Both the position numbers and the translations under genes were made by a program. Positions 18,748 through 28,800 of a DNA stretch of 64,000 bases are shown piece after piece (within the stretch, counting starts at the first letter, position 1; every line of letters starts with the position of its first letter). The stretch is from Myxococcota bacterium. Its GTDB lineage: Bacteria > Myxococcota_A > UBA796 > CAJQPC01. The notes under the pieces were generated by a model. That model was given only the letters and a program-made list of their open reading frames with translations, had not been told where the DNA came from and searched no databases. The stretch lies in contig JAZAMN010000022.1 in NCBI GenBank assembly GCA_036229005.1, positions 20,174 through 84,173 of the forward strand. The letters are read 5' to 3'.

Positions 18748-19329
18748 TCAGAAGCTCATCACCCCCACGTTGACCGCCGCGTAGGGCGCCTCCAGCCGCA
18801 CCAGGGGCCCATCTTCGTTGAACAGCGAGGGCACCATGCCCAGCTCCGGCGCGATGAAGAGCTCCCGCTCCCCCACCCGCTTGCGGAACTCCAGGCCCAT
18901 GCCGACCTCGCCCACCGGGACCACCATGTTGGTGCCACCCTCCGGCGTGCCGTACACAAAGCCGGCGCTCAGGTGCAGGTAGGCGCCCCGGCTCTGCGAC
19001 TGCTCAAAGCGCATGTTGTAGTCGATCACCGGCCCCCAGGCGTAGGGCGGCGGGTCGTCCCCAGCCAGGCTGCCGGTGGGGATGTCGTGCATGTAGACCG
19101 CGCGCAGGCCCAGCGTCTGCCCGTCGCCGATGTCCAGGCCCAGGCCGATGCTGGCCGCCGGGATGTCGCCCTTGGCCCCGAAGGGCACCGCGAAGGCGCC
19201 GCGCGTCAGCACGTAGAAGGGGCGCTCCTCGGGGGTTTGGGGGCTGGTGACCTCGCTGGCGGGCGGGGGTGCAGAGGGCTCCGGCGGGGACTGGGCCAGA
19301 GCGGTGGGGATCAGGATGGCGAACAGCAT
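18748..19329 (-). CDS. Exported protein, probable small outer-membrane beta-barrel (paralog A)
   Basis: Signal peptide, alternating beta-strand pattern, C-terminal Phe; similar to 19330..19878. Confidence 0.65.
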   Translation of the reverse strand: MLFAILIPTALAQSPPEPSAPPPASEVTSPQTPEERPFYVLTRGAFAVPFGAKGDIPAASIGLGLDIGDGQTLGLRAVYMHDIPTGSLAGDDPPPYAWGPVIDYNMRFEQSQSRGAYLHLSAGFVYGTPEGGTNMVVPVGEVGMGLEFRKRVGERELFIAPELGMVPSLFNEDGPLVRLEAPYAAVNVGVMSF

Positions 19330-19878
19330 TCAGCCCCCCTTCTTGGGGTCGAAGATCATGCCGACCGTGATGCTGGTGTAGGGCGCCTTGGCCCCCGGCA
19401 CGACCCCCATCTCCGGGGAGATGAAGAGGCGGTCCCCCGAGTCCAGCTCCCGCACGGCCCGGGCGCCGAAGCCCGCCTCCAGGATGGGCAGGACGATGTT
19501 CTCCTTGCCGTCCTCGGCCGCGTAGACAAAGCCCAGGGACAGGCAGGGGTAGAAGTTGACGTTGCGCCCCGGGTTCAGGTGGAACTGGTAGTCCAGCACC
19601 GGGCCCCAGGCCTGCTCCACGTCGCGCTGGTTGCCCGAGATGGGGTTGGCCGGCGGGTTGACCATGTAGATGGCGCGCAGGCCGAAGGTGTGGCCGTTCT
19701 CCAGCTCGACCCCCATGGCGACCCCGGCGGTGGGGACCTGCCCCAAGCCTCCGCTGGGCACCGCGACCGAGGCGCGCGTGGCCATGTAGGTGGGCCGCGG
19801 CGGCGGGGCGTCCGGGGCGTCCGGGGTGTCGGCCGCGCTGGCGGTCTGGAGGGAGGCGAGGAGGATGGTGGTGAACAT
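19330..19878 (-). CDS. Exported protein, probable small outer-membrane beta-barrel (paralog B)
   Basis: AGGAG RBS, signal peptide; shares GLRA.YM, AWGPV.DY, GFVY, LFI.PE.G.VP with its neighbour. Confidence 0.7.
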   Translation of the reverse strand: MFTTILLASLQTASAADTPDAPDAPPPRPTYMATRASVAVPSGGLGQVPTAGVAMGVELENGHTFGLRAIYMVNPPANPISGNQRDVEQAWGPVLDYQFHLNPGRNVNFYPCLSLGFVYAAEDGKENIVLPILEAGFGARAVRELDSGDRLFISPEMGVVPGAKAPYTSITVGMIFDPKKGG

Positions 19879-19905
19879 GGAATCTCCTGGTTCACCCCTT
19901 TGGAG

Positions 19906-19921
19906 TGCAGGGCCCGTGCCA
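19906..19921 (-). promoter_or_regulatory. Sigma-54 (-24/-12) promoter candidate
   Basis: Minus strand TGGCACG-GGCC-CTGCA with correct GG/GC spacing, 28 bp upstream of ATG 19878. Confidence 0.6.
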
Positions 19922-20023
19922 CCAACTCAAGTACCTGATTTCACAGGCGAGGACAGGCTGACCGTCTCGGCAGGCGGGCCGGCTGCGTCTCCTGCTGACG
20001 CGGGCGCGTCAGGACGGTGCGGG

Positions 20024-20300
20024 GGGCATCCAACCCTGAACGCCCGCGGGATCCGGGCATCCCACCCTGAACGCCCGCGGGATCCGGGCATCCCACCTTG
20101 AACGCCCGCGGGATCCGGGCATCCCACCTTGAACGCCCGCCACTGGGCTCCAGACCGGGCGTTGAACCCCAGATGCCCCCGCAGACCGGGCGTTCGACCC
20201 CAGATGCCCCGAACACGCGGGCGTTCGACCCCGGATGCCCCGAACACGCGGGCGTTCGACCCCGTATGCCCCCGCAGTCCGGGCGTTCGACCCCCGATGC
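20024..20300. repeat. Inverted pair of 31-bp-period arrays (motif GGGCATC-N7-GAACGCCC)
   Basis: Units start at 20024, 20055, 20086, 20117; inverted units at 20157, 20188, 20219, 20250, 20281. Confidence 0.92.
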
Positions 20301-20326
20301 TACCTTCCCTCCGCAAGGGAGCCCCC

Positions 20327-22726
20327 ATGGCAGACGACGCACTCCCCCCCGAGCTTGGCCGCTACGCCGTCCAGGACCTGCTGGGCTCCGGCGGAATGGG
20401 GCTGGTCTACCGCGTTCAGGACCCTCGCCTGGGGCGCGATGTGGCCGCCAAGGTCCTGCGCCCCGAGCACGCCGACAGCCCCGAGCGGGCGCGCTTTGTG
20501 GCCGAGGCGCAGATCACCGCGCAGCTCCGCCACCCCTCCATCGTCTCCGTCCACGAGCTCGGCGAGCTGGCCGACGGCCGCGCCTACTTCACCATGGAGG
20601 AGATCGAGGGCCGCACCATGGAGCAGACCCTGGAGCAGCTCCACCAGGCCAGCGACGCCGGCCACTGGGGCCGAAGCGAGGACGGCTGGACCTTCTCCCG
20701 GCTGATCGAGGCCTTCCGCCGCACCTGCGAGGCCGTGGCCTATGCCCACAGCCGCCGCGTGGTGCACCGGGACCTCAAACCCAGCAACGTGATGCTGGGC
20801 CGCTTCGGCGAGGTGCTGGTCATGGACTGGGGCCTGGCCAAGGTGCTGGACGAACAGGCCCCCGAGCCCCTGCGCACCGGGCGCAGCGATGAGAGCGCCC
20901 CCAGCACCGACACCCGGGCCGGCGCCCTGATGGGCACCCCCGCGTTCATGTCCCCCGAGCAGGCCCGCGGCGACTGGGCCCGGGTGGGCACCGCCAGCGA
21001 CGTGTACGCCCTGGGCGCCATCCTCTACAACATCCTGCGCGGCCAGCCCCCCTACCTGGGCGACACCGGCAGCGTGATCGCCGCCCTGCTCCAGGGCGAG
21101 CTGGAGCCCCCCGACGCCCCCAGCGAGCACAGCCGCGGGCCCGTCCCCGCCGACCTGGCCGAGATCTGCCTGCGCGCGATGGCCCCCGACCCTCAGGCTC
21201 GCCACGCCGACGCCGCCGAGCTGGCCGCCGACGTCGCCGCCTGGCTGGACGGCTCCCGCCGCCGCGACACCGCCCGCACCCTGGTCCAGGAGGCCGCCCA
21301 GCACAACGAGGAGGCCGCCGAGCTCCACCAGCAGGCCGAGCGCCTGCGCACCGAGGCCTTCCGCCGCCTGGAGCACGTCGCCGAGCACGACCCCGTCGAG
21401 CTCAAGCTGGCCGGCTGGGCCCTGGAGGACCGCGCCCGCCGCCTGGAGCTGCAGGCCAACCTGGTCGCCCTGGAGGGCACCCGTACCCTGCAGACCGCGC
21501 TCTCCCTGGCGCCCGACCTGCCCGAAGCCCACGCCGGGCTGGCCAACTACTACCGCACCCGCCACGCCCGGGCCGAGGCCGAGCGCGACCCCGACGAGGC
21601 CGCGCTGTGGGAGGTCCTGCTCCGCGACCACGACCGCGGCGAGCACCGCGACTACCTGGAGGGCACCGGCGCCCTCACCCTGGTCACCGACCCGCCCAAC
21701 GCCCAGGCCGTGCTCTACCGCTTCGTCGAGCAGGACCGCCGCCTGGTCCCCGAGCGCGTCCGCTCCCTGGGCCGCACTCCCATCCACAAGCTCCCGCTGC
21801 AGGCCGGCGACTACCTGGTGTCCCTGCGGCGCCCCGGGTACGCCGAGCTGCGCTACCCCGTGTCCATCGGCCGCCTGGAGCACTGGGACGGCGTGCCCCC
21901 CGGCGCCACCCGCCCCGCCCCCATCACCCTGCTGCGCGAGGGCGTCCTGGACGACGACGAGCGCTACATCCCCGGAGGGTGGTTCCAGGCAGGCGGCGAC
22001 CCCGGCGCCCCCCACGCCCTCAGCGGCCAGCGCATCTGGGTCGACGACCGCGTCTTCAAGCGCTTCCCCGTGCGCAACCGGGAGTACCTCGCCTTCCTCA
22101 ACGATCTCGTGGATCAGGGGCAGCCCGAGCTGGCCAAGCGGTATGGACCGCGCTTTGAGGGCTTTTTGCTCCTCAACCGCTCCCTGGACGGCCACTACAC
22201 GCTGCGCACCGACATGACGCTCTTCTCCCAGCACCCCGACGCGCCCGTGGTCATGATCGACTGGCACGGGGCCAAGGCCTACGCCGACTGGGAGGCCGAG
22301 CGCACCGGCCTGCCCTGGGATCTGCCCGAGGAGATCGCCTGGGAGAAGGCCGCCCGCGGCGTCGACGGCCGCATCTACCCCTGGGGGAACTACCTGGACC
22401 CCACCTGGTGCAACGTCCGCGACAGCCAGGTGGGCGCGCCGGGCCTGGCCCAGGTCTCCGAGCACCCCGTCGACGAGAGCGTCTACGGCCTGCGCGGCAT
22501 GGGCGGCAACACGATGGACTGGTGCCGGGACAGCTTCCGCGCCTCGGGCCCCCCCATCGCGGACGGGCGTTACACCCTGCTGGACAACCAGACCGGCCCC
22601 CGGGCCATCCGCGGCGGCCACTGGTACTCCGTGGACCAGCTCTCCCGCTGCGCCCACCGCTTCCGCCTGGAGCCCCAGATGCGCGCCTACATGATCGGAT
22701 TCCGCCTGGCGCGCACCCTGAACTGA
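20327..22726 (+). CDS. Ser/Thr protein kinase fused to a C-terminal FGE/SUMF1 domain
   Basis: LGSGGMG.V, VAAK, HRDLKPSN, DWGLAK, GTPAFMSPEQ; C-terminal WEKAARG..GR.YPWG, GMGGN, RGG, IGFR. Confidence 0.92.
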   Translation: MADDALPPELGRYAVQDLLGSGGMGLVYRVQDPRLGRDVAAKVLRPEHADSPERARFVAEAQITAQLRHPSIVSVHELGELADGRAYFTMEEIEGRTMEQTLEQLHQASDAGHWGRSEDGWTFSRLIEAFRRTCEAVAYAHSRRVVHRDLKPSNVMLGRFGEVLVMDWGLAKVLDEQAPEPLRTGRSDESAPSTDTRAGALMGTPAFMSPEQARGDWARVGTASDVYALGAILYNILRGQPPYLGDTGSVIAALLQGELEPPDAPSEHSRGPVPADLAEICLRAMAPDPQARHADAAELAADVAAWLDGSRRRDTARTLVQEAAQHNEEAAELHQQAERLRTEAFRRLEHVAEHDPVELKLAGWALEDRARRLELQANLVALEGTRTLQTALSLAPDLPEAHAGLANYYRTRHARAEAERDPDEAALWEVLLRDHDRGEHRDYLEGTGALTLVTDPPNAQAVLYRFVEQDRRLVPERVRSLGRTPIHKLPLQAGDYLVSLRRPGYAELRYPVSIGRLEHWDGVPPGATRPAPITLLREGVLDDDERYIPGGWFQAGGDPGAPHALSGQRIWVDDRVFKRFPVRNREYLAFLNDLVDQGQPELAKRYGPRFEGFLLLNRSLDGHYTLRTDMTLFSQHPDAPVVMIDWHGAKAYADWEAERTGLPWDLPEEIAWEKAARGVDGRIYPWGNYLDPTWCNVRDSQVGAPGLAQVSEHPVDESVYGLRGMGGNTMDWCRDSFRASGPPIADGRYTLLDNQTGPRAIRGGHWYSVDQLSRCAHRFRLEPQMRAYMIGFRLARTLN

Positions 22727-22765
22727 GCAAGCCCGGCGTTCAACGCCGAGACTCCGCGAGCCCAA

Positions 22766-23545
22766 TCAGATCGCGGAGACCCCCGCCCCCAGCACCGGGT
22801 TCAGGTTGACGAACCACCCCGGCTCACAGCGGATCTGCCGGGCGTCCACCTGGAAGTTCTCCGGGTCGGGGTGGGTCCCCTGCACCGTGTACTCGCCGGG
22901 CGCGACGTTCATCCACAGCACCCCGCCGTCCCGGCTCGAGGCCGTCAGCGTGGGGTCGGGCGCGACCTGCTCGTTGAAGTAGATGGGGAAGCTGCCGTGG
23001 GTGTCCGGAACCAACTCCATCACCACGCCGGGCTCTCCGTGGGGGCGCAGCGCGTAGAACTGCTCCCAGGTCTCCATCGCCGCGATCTCGGGCACAGTGA
23101 TGGTGTTCACGACCACGCAGCCCTCGGGGTCCCGCGAGAGCCCTGCGTCCGCGAGCCGCGACTCCATCAGGCCAAAGACCTCTACCGGGACCGCCTGCAG
23201 GTACATGCGCGGCTCGTCCTGCTCAAGGGTGAAGGTCGCGTGCCGCGCCGTGATGTAGCCGTCCAGCGCGATCACCGGCGTGAAGGGCACCCCCGCGGGC
23301 ACCTGCGCGCTCCAGCTCCCGTCCGCCGCCGACTGGGTCTGCACCCCCACCCCCTCCAGGGTCACCGTCGCACCCTCCATCAGGCGGCGGTCGATGAACC
23401 TGAAGACCAGCCCATCCACCCGCACCATCTCCACCGGCTGGGTGTCCGGGACACTGTCAGCACCGGTCTCCACCAGCGAGGTCACCCTGTCCGTGTCCGG
23501 CGCGTGCGCCCGCCAGCACGCCAACAGCGAGAGCAGCAGCGTCAC
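22766..23545 (-). CDS. Lipoprotein with carboxypeptidase-regulatory-like beta-sandwich domain
   Basis: MTLLLSLLAC lipobox (GTG overlapping the upstream stop); GATVTLEG...ADGSW pattern. Confidence 0.65.
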   Translation of the reverse strand: MTLLLSLLACWRAHAPDTDRVTSLVETGADSVPDTQPVEMVRVDGLVFRFIDRRLMEGATVTLEGVGVQTQSAADGSWSAQVPAGVPFTPVIALDGYITARHATFTLEQDEPRMYLQAVPVEVFGLMESRLADAGLSRDPEGCVVVNTITVPEIAAMETWEQFYALRPHGEPGVVMELVPDTHGSFPIYFNEQVAPDPTLTASSRDGGVLWMNVAPGEYTVQGTHPDPENFQVDARQIRCEPGWFVNLNPVLGAGVSAI

Positions 23546-25203
23546 GACAGCAGCTCCGCGGGCAGCGCCACGCCCAGCGCCTGGGCCATCTGCTCGGCCT
23601 CCTGCAGCGCCGCCTTGTAGTCGCGGGTGTGGTTGCGCCCCTGCACCGTCTTCTCCCGGCCAAAGTACAGATAGGCCTCCTTCACCCCGCCCTGGCGGCG
23701 CGCCGCCTCGGCCAGCACAAAGGCCCGCAGCGCCCGGGCGTGCTCCAGCTCCCGCTCGCCGCGCTCCATGGCGTCCAGCATGCGCTCCGCCGTGCGCTGG
23801 AGCAAGGGGATCAGCCTGTCCTCGCCGATGGACGGGGTCGCTGCCGGGCGCTCCAGGCCCAGCGCCCTCTGGACGGCGGACCCATCAATGACCAGCTCCG
23901 CAGATCCGCTCCTCCCCAAGAGCGCGACCGCGTAGGCCCGCCGCAGGACGTTGTCGAGTTGCCGCAGGTTCCCCGGCCACCGCGCCCCCTGGAGCACCGT
24001 GATGGCCTCCTGGGAGAGGGAGACGCTGCCCTGGGCTCCGGCCTCCTGGTGGCGACGCTGCACCATGAAGCCGCCCCAGGCGCCGATCTCGTCGCGGCGC
24101 TCGTCCAGGGAGGGCAGGTGCACCGGCAGCACCTGGATCCGGTAGTAGAGGTCCTCGCGGAAGCGCCCCTCGGCCACCGCCTGCGCCAGGTCCTGGTTGG
24201 TCCCGACCAGAAAGCGCAGATCCGCCTGTCGGTCGCCCCCGCTGTCCCCCAGTCGCCGCCAGGAGCGGGTCTCCAGGAGCTGCAGCAGGCCGGCCTGGGC
24301 GCTCAGGGAGAGCTTGTCGATCTCGTCCAGGAACAGGGTGCCGCCCTCGGCCCGCTCCACCGCGCCCTTGCGGTCCTGGTGGGCCCCCGTGAAGGCCCCG
24401 CGGCGCCAGCCAAAGAGCTCGGCGAGCTGCATGTCCTCCGGCACCGACAGCAGGTCCAGGTGTTCGAAGGGTTGCCCCGCGCGGGGGGAGTGCGCGTGGC
24501 ACCAACGCGCCAGGCGGGACTTGCCCGTGCCCGTGGCGCCGGAGATCAGGATGGTCTCGTTGACCCGCGCGAAGGTCTCCAGCAGGTCCATGATCGGCGC
24601 CAGCGCCCTCCCGACCACCGGCAGCAGATCGTCGTCGCGGGGGGCCTCGGTGCGCTCCGGGGGCAGGCCGACCAGGAAGGGCGTGCAGAGGTCCGCGATC
24701 AGCGAGAGCGCGGGGATCTGGTCCTCCCAGAACCCTGCTTCACCCGTCGCTTCGAGACACTGGGCCTCCACCGTGATCATGCCGTGCAGGCTGCCCTGGG
24801 GTCCGCGCAGCGGGAGCGCCAGTACGTGGGAGGCGTCGCGCGCGATGTGCCGGTGGATGGTCTCCTTGGAGGCCTGGGCGTTTAGCCCCTCGATCCGCCC
24901 CAGGCGCACGTCCAGGCTGACCGGCTCCCCCACCCGCTGGAGCTGGGCCCACGCGCTCAGGCTCGGCGCCATCTCTCCCTGGGCCTGGTGGGGAGGGAGG
25001 GCCAGGTGGCGCAATCCAGCGTAGCCCCCACCGCCTGGCCTCAAATGCACGGCCCCACGCACCAGCTCCGCTCTGGGGTCCAGCGAGGACAGGCTGGCCT
25101 CGAGCACGGCCCGCAGGCAGAGGTCGGCGGCGGCCTCGAAGCTGGGGGCGGCACGGAGCGCGGTGAGCAGCGCGGCGGGGGACGTTGGCGGGGCTATGGA
25201 CAC
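23542..25203 (-). CDS. Sigma-54-dependent transcriptional activator with GAF-like N-terminus
   Basis: GATGTGKS Walker A, ELFG..GAFTGA, GGTLFLDEI, FREDLYYRI, WPGNLRQL. Confidence 0.9.
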   Translation of the reverse strand: MSIAPPTSPAALLTALRAAPSFEAAADLCLRAVLEASLSSLDPRAELVRGAVHLRPGGGGYAGLRHLALPPHQAQGEMAPSLSAWAQLQRVGEPVSLDVRLGRIEGLNAQASKETIHRHIARDASHVLALPLRGPQGSLHGMITVEAQCLEATGEAGFWEDQIPALSLIADLCTPFLVGLPPERTEAPRDDDLLPVVGRALAPIMDLLETFARVNETILISGATGTGKSRLARWCHAHSPRAGQPFEHLDLLSVPEDMQLAELFGWRRGAFTGAHQDRKGAVERAEGGTLFLDEIDKLSLSAQAGLLQLLETRSWRRLGDSGGDRQADLRFLVGTNQDLAQAVAEGRFREDLYYRIQVLPVHLPSLDERRDEIGAWGGFMVQRRHQEAGAQGSVSLSQEAITVLQGARWPGNLRQLDNVLRRAYAVALLGRSGSAELVIDGSAVQRALGLERPAATPSIGEDRLIPLLQRTAERMLDAMERGERELEHARALRAFVLAEAARRQGGVKEAYLYFGREKTVQGRNHTRDYKAALQEAEQMAQALGVALPAELLS

Positions 25204-25389
25204 CTCCCTAGGCTACCGCGATTCAGCCCCCAAGGGTGGATCCGGCGCTTTCCCCGGCGCTCTCCCAAAAAGCGGGTGGCAGAGAGCAGCTTGTAAGCGA
25301 TAGGACCGCGGAGACGTTGTGGTGGCGCGCCGGAGCAACATCCTCCCGCGCCGAGACAGAACAACCGTCCGACCCATCTGGAGTTCCCC

Positions 25390-25740
25390 ATGAAGATCCG
25401 TCACGTCCTCTTCGCTACCGTCCTCGGCGGCCTGGCCCTCGCTTGCTCCGGCGGCGAGTCCACCCCTGAGCCCCCCTCCGAGAAGGCCGACGCCAAGGCT
25501 CTCTGCGCCGCCTTCCTCTCCGAGGATGCTGGCGACGACGACGCCTCCATCGACGCTTCCGTGGCCGGCGCCACCGTGACCACCGAGTGGGGCAAGAAGA
25601 TGCAGACCGACCTGCAGGCCGGCGACGGCCCCTCCACCGAGGTCCAGAAGGCCTTCGTGGACAAGATCAAGGAGACCAAGGCCTCCGAGGAGTCCCTGGA
25701 CTGCTCCCTGATCGAGAGCTTCTGGGGCCTGGAGCTCTGA
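25390..25740 (+). CDS. Lipoprotein, unknown function
   Basis: GGAG RBS, canonical MKIR...LALAC signal, strong codon bias. Confidence 0.8.
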   Translation: MKIRHVLFATVLGGLALACSGGESTPEPPSEKADAKALCAAFLSEDAGDDDASIDASVAGATVTTEWGKKMQTDLQAGDGPSTEVQKAFVDKIKETKASEESLDCSLIESFWGLEL

Positions 25741-25780
25741 TCGCTCCCCCCGCCTGAGGGCCTCCCCGGGGGCCCGCACC

Positions 25781-25806
25781 CAGCAGGGACCTTCGGGTCC
25801 CTGTTG
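25781..25806 (+). terminator. Stem-loop with cUUCGg tetraloop after the lipoprotein gene
   Basis: CAGCAGGGACC-TTCG-GGTCCCTGTTG; no clear U-tract. Confidence 0.5.
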
Positions 25807-25856
25807 TCGCTCTGGGGACGCGCCAGTTTGACCTCGCTGGCGGGCGCGGCTCTGCT

Positions 25857-28800
25857 ATGGTCCGCGCGAAAGGGAGCGTTGTGGTGGGAATCTCAGGTCT
25901 GCTGCCTGTCGTCTTGGGCTGCAGCCCCTCCCCAGAGACCCAAAGGGACTCCCGCGCGACCGTCCGGCAGAAGGATCTGGCGGACACCCAGGTCACCCTG
26001 CAGCCCACCGCGAGCGCCGCAAGCGACCGCTTCGGACGGGCCCTGGCCAGCGGGGACTTCAACGACGACAGCTACCCGGATCTGGTGGTCTCGGCGCCGG
26101 GACTGGGCAGCGGCGGGCTGCTCTACCTCTACGAGGGCACGGTCTCGGGCCTGGACCTGGTCACCGAGCACACCTTCTCCACCACGGGCTCGATCGGCCT
26201 GGGCTACGGCCTCTCCGCTGGCGGCGACGTGAACGGTGACGGCGTCGAGGATCTGGCGGCCACCGAGACAGGCGACAGCACACAGGAGCAGGTCTACCTC
26301 TTCCTGGGCTCCACCACCGCGGGGCTGGTCGCGGATCAGGCGATCCAACCTTCGGACTGGGTGTACGGGGACAGCTTCAAGGTGCCCGCCCTGGGCGCGG
26401 ACCTGGACGGAGACGGCTACGGAGACCTGGCGGTGGGCGCCCTCACGGCGGACGCGACCTACACCGACCAGGGCGCGGTCTACGTGTACTACGGCAGCGC
26501 GACAGGGGTCGTCGCCGCCAGCGAGCTCAAGCTGACCGACCAGGCCAATCCCTGGACCAGCGCCTACTACGGGACCGCCGTGGCGATGGGCCCCGACTCG
26601 GACGGGGACGGCTACGACGAGCTCTACGTGGGCCGACCCTGGCTCGGCACCTCGGCGGTCTACATCTACAACGGCAGCACCACCGGGGTCAGCGCCAGCA
26701 GCTACGCGTCCCTGACCGGCAACGGGACCGCCGTCTCCCACGGCGGCTCCATCTCCTTCGCGGACATCGACGGGGACGGGCTCACCGACCTGCTGGTCGG
26801 GGATCAGAACGCCGGGAGCTACGGGTCCGTGGGCGGCGGCGGGCAGATCTACACCTACTTTGGCAGCGCCACGGGGTACTCGGACACCAACCACCAGACC
26901 GCGGGCTCCTGCTACTACCGCTGCGACTACGCCGAGCACATCGCGGGGCTGGGAGACGTCGACGGGGACGGCTACGGCGACGCCCTCGCGTCCTACCTGT
27001 CCACCTCGATCGGCTCGTCGGGCTCCACGGCACCCAGCTTCTACCTGCACTACGGGACCGCCACCGGCCTGGCGCAGTCGGGCACCCTGCTGGACACCTC
27101 GGGCGGCAGCTTCGGCAACGCCTGGGCCAGCGAGGACTTTGACGGGGACGGCCTGATGGACCCGGCCCTGGGCTGGTTCGGGCAGGCCTCGTGGAGCGCC
27201 ACGGATCCGGGCTGGGTGAACCTCTACACCGGCAGCAACCGCACCTGGTACCCGGACCTGGACGGCGACGGCTACGGCGACGAGAGCGCGGGCGTGGAGA
27301 GCGCGACGCCGCCCTCCGGCTACATCGAGGACGGCACGGACTGCGATGACAGCGACGCCACGACCTACCCCGGCGCCACCGAGGTCGTCGCCGACGGGGT
27401 GGACAACAACTGCGACGGCTACGAGAAGTGCAAGGAGGACCGCGACCAGGACGGCTACGCCGAGTACCGGGGGGAGGTCACCTCCTCCGACCTGGACTGC
27501 ACGGACCCCGGAGAGGGCGACAGCAGCATGCCCCGCACCGACTGCGACGACGGGGACGCCAGCATCAACCCGGGGGCGACCGATCATCCCGCGGACGGCA
27601 TCGATCAGGACTGCGATGGCCAGGAGCTCTGCTACGAGGACCTGGACGGCGACGGCTTCGGGACCGACGCCGGTACCACCCTGAGCTCCGCCGATCTGGA
27701 CTGCGAAGACAGCGGCGAGTCCGGCACCGACGACGACTGCGACGACAGCGACGCCAGCATCCACCCGGACGCGACCGAGGGCTTCGCCGACGGCGTGGAC
27801 CAGGACTGCGACGGGATCGAGTTCTGCTACACCGACGCCGACGGGGACGGCCACAGCGCCCTGCTGGAGAGCAGCGACGACGACTGCGACGACGCGGGGG
27901 AGTCCTACACGGCCAGCGGCAGCTTGGACTGCGACGACAGCGACGCCAGCGTGTACCCGGGCGCGGCCGAGACCGTTGGCGACGGGATCGACCAGGACTG
28001 CGACGACGCGGACGCCTGCTATGTCGACCTGGACGGCGACGGCTACGGGGACGGGCTGGTGGACAGCAACTCCGCGGCCTGCTCGGACAGCGGCGAGGCG
28101 CTGGTGGACGGCGACTGTGATGACGCCGACGCCAGCGTGAACCCCGGCGCGACCGAGGCCGCCGCGGACGGGGTCGACCAGGACTGCGATGGCTTCGAGC
28201 TGTGCTACCTGGACAGCGACGGGGACGGCTACGCAGCGGGGGACACCGTGGCGGACAGCGATCTGGCCTGCGGGAGCGCCGGCAGCGCCACCGTCGCGGA
28301 CCAGGACTGCGACGACAGCGACGCCGCCGTGAACCCGGCCGCCGCGGAGATCGCCGGCGATGGGGTCGACCAGGACTGCGACGGCACCGAGGACTGCTAC
28401 GACGACGCCGACGGGGACGGGGTCGCCGGCAGCACCCTGATCCAGGCCGAGGATCTGAGCTGCGGGGCCTACAGCACCACCGCCGGGGCCGACTGCGACG
28501 ACAGCGACAGCGACGCCTTCCCCGGGGCCACCGAGGCGGTCGCCGACGGCGTGGACCAGGACTGCGACGGCGGCGACACCTGCTACGCGGACGGCGACGG
28601 CGACGGCTTCGTGGACGGCACGGTGACCAGCGCGGATCTGGACTGCACCGACAGCGGAGAGGCCGCCAGCAGCTCCACCACCGACTGCGACGACGCCGAC
28701 GCCTCGGTGTACCCCGGCGCCCCCGAGGCGGTGGGAGACGGCGTGGACTCCGACTGCGACAGCGCCGAGCTCTGCTACGTGGACGCGGACGGCGACGGCT

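Noticed and set aside
20024..20300. CRISPR array interpretation of the 31-bp repeats (also 49165, 56050, 63658)
   Set aside because: Variable parts are only 7-9 bp, the arrays are inverted against each other, and there are no cas genes in the window.
22734..22748. CGGCGTTCAACGCCG dyad after the kinase gene as another array unit
   Set aside because: Only the GGCGTTC half matches; more simply a short hairpin between convergent genes.
25323..25338. Sigma-54 promoter upstream of 25390 (TGGCGCGCCGGAGCA)
   Set aside because: GG-to-GC spacing is one base short of the strict -24/-12 requirement.
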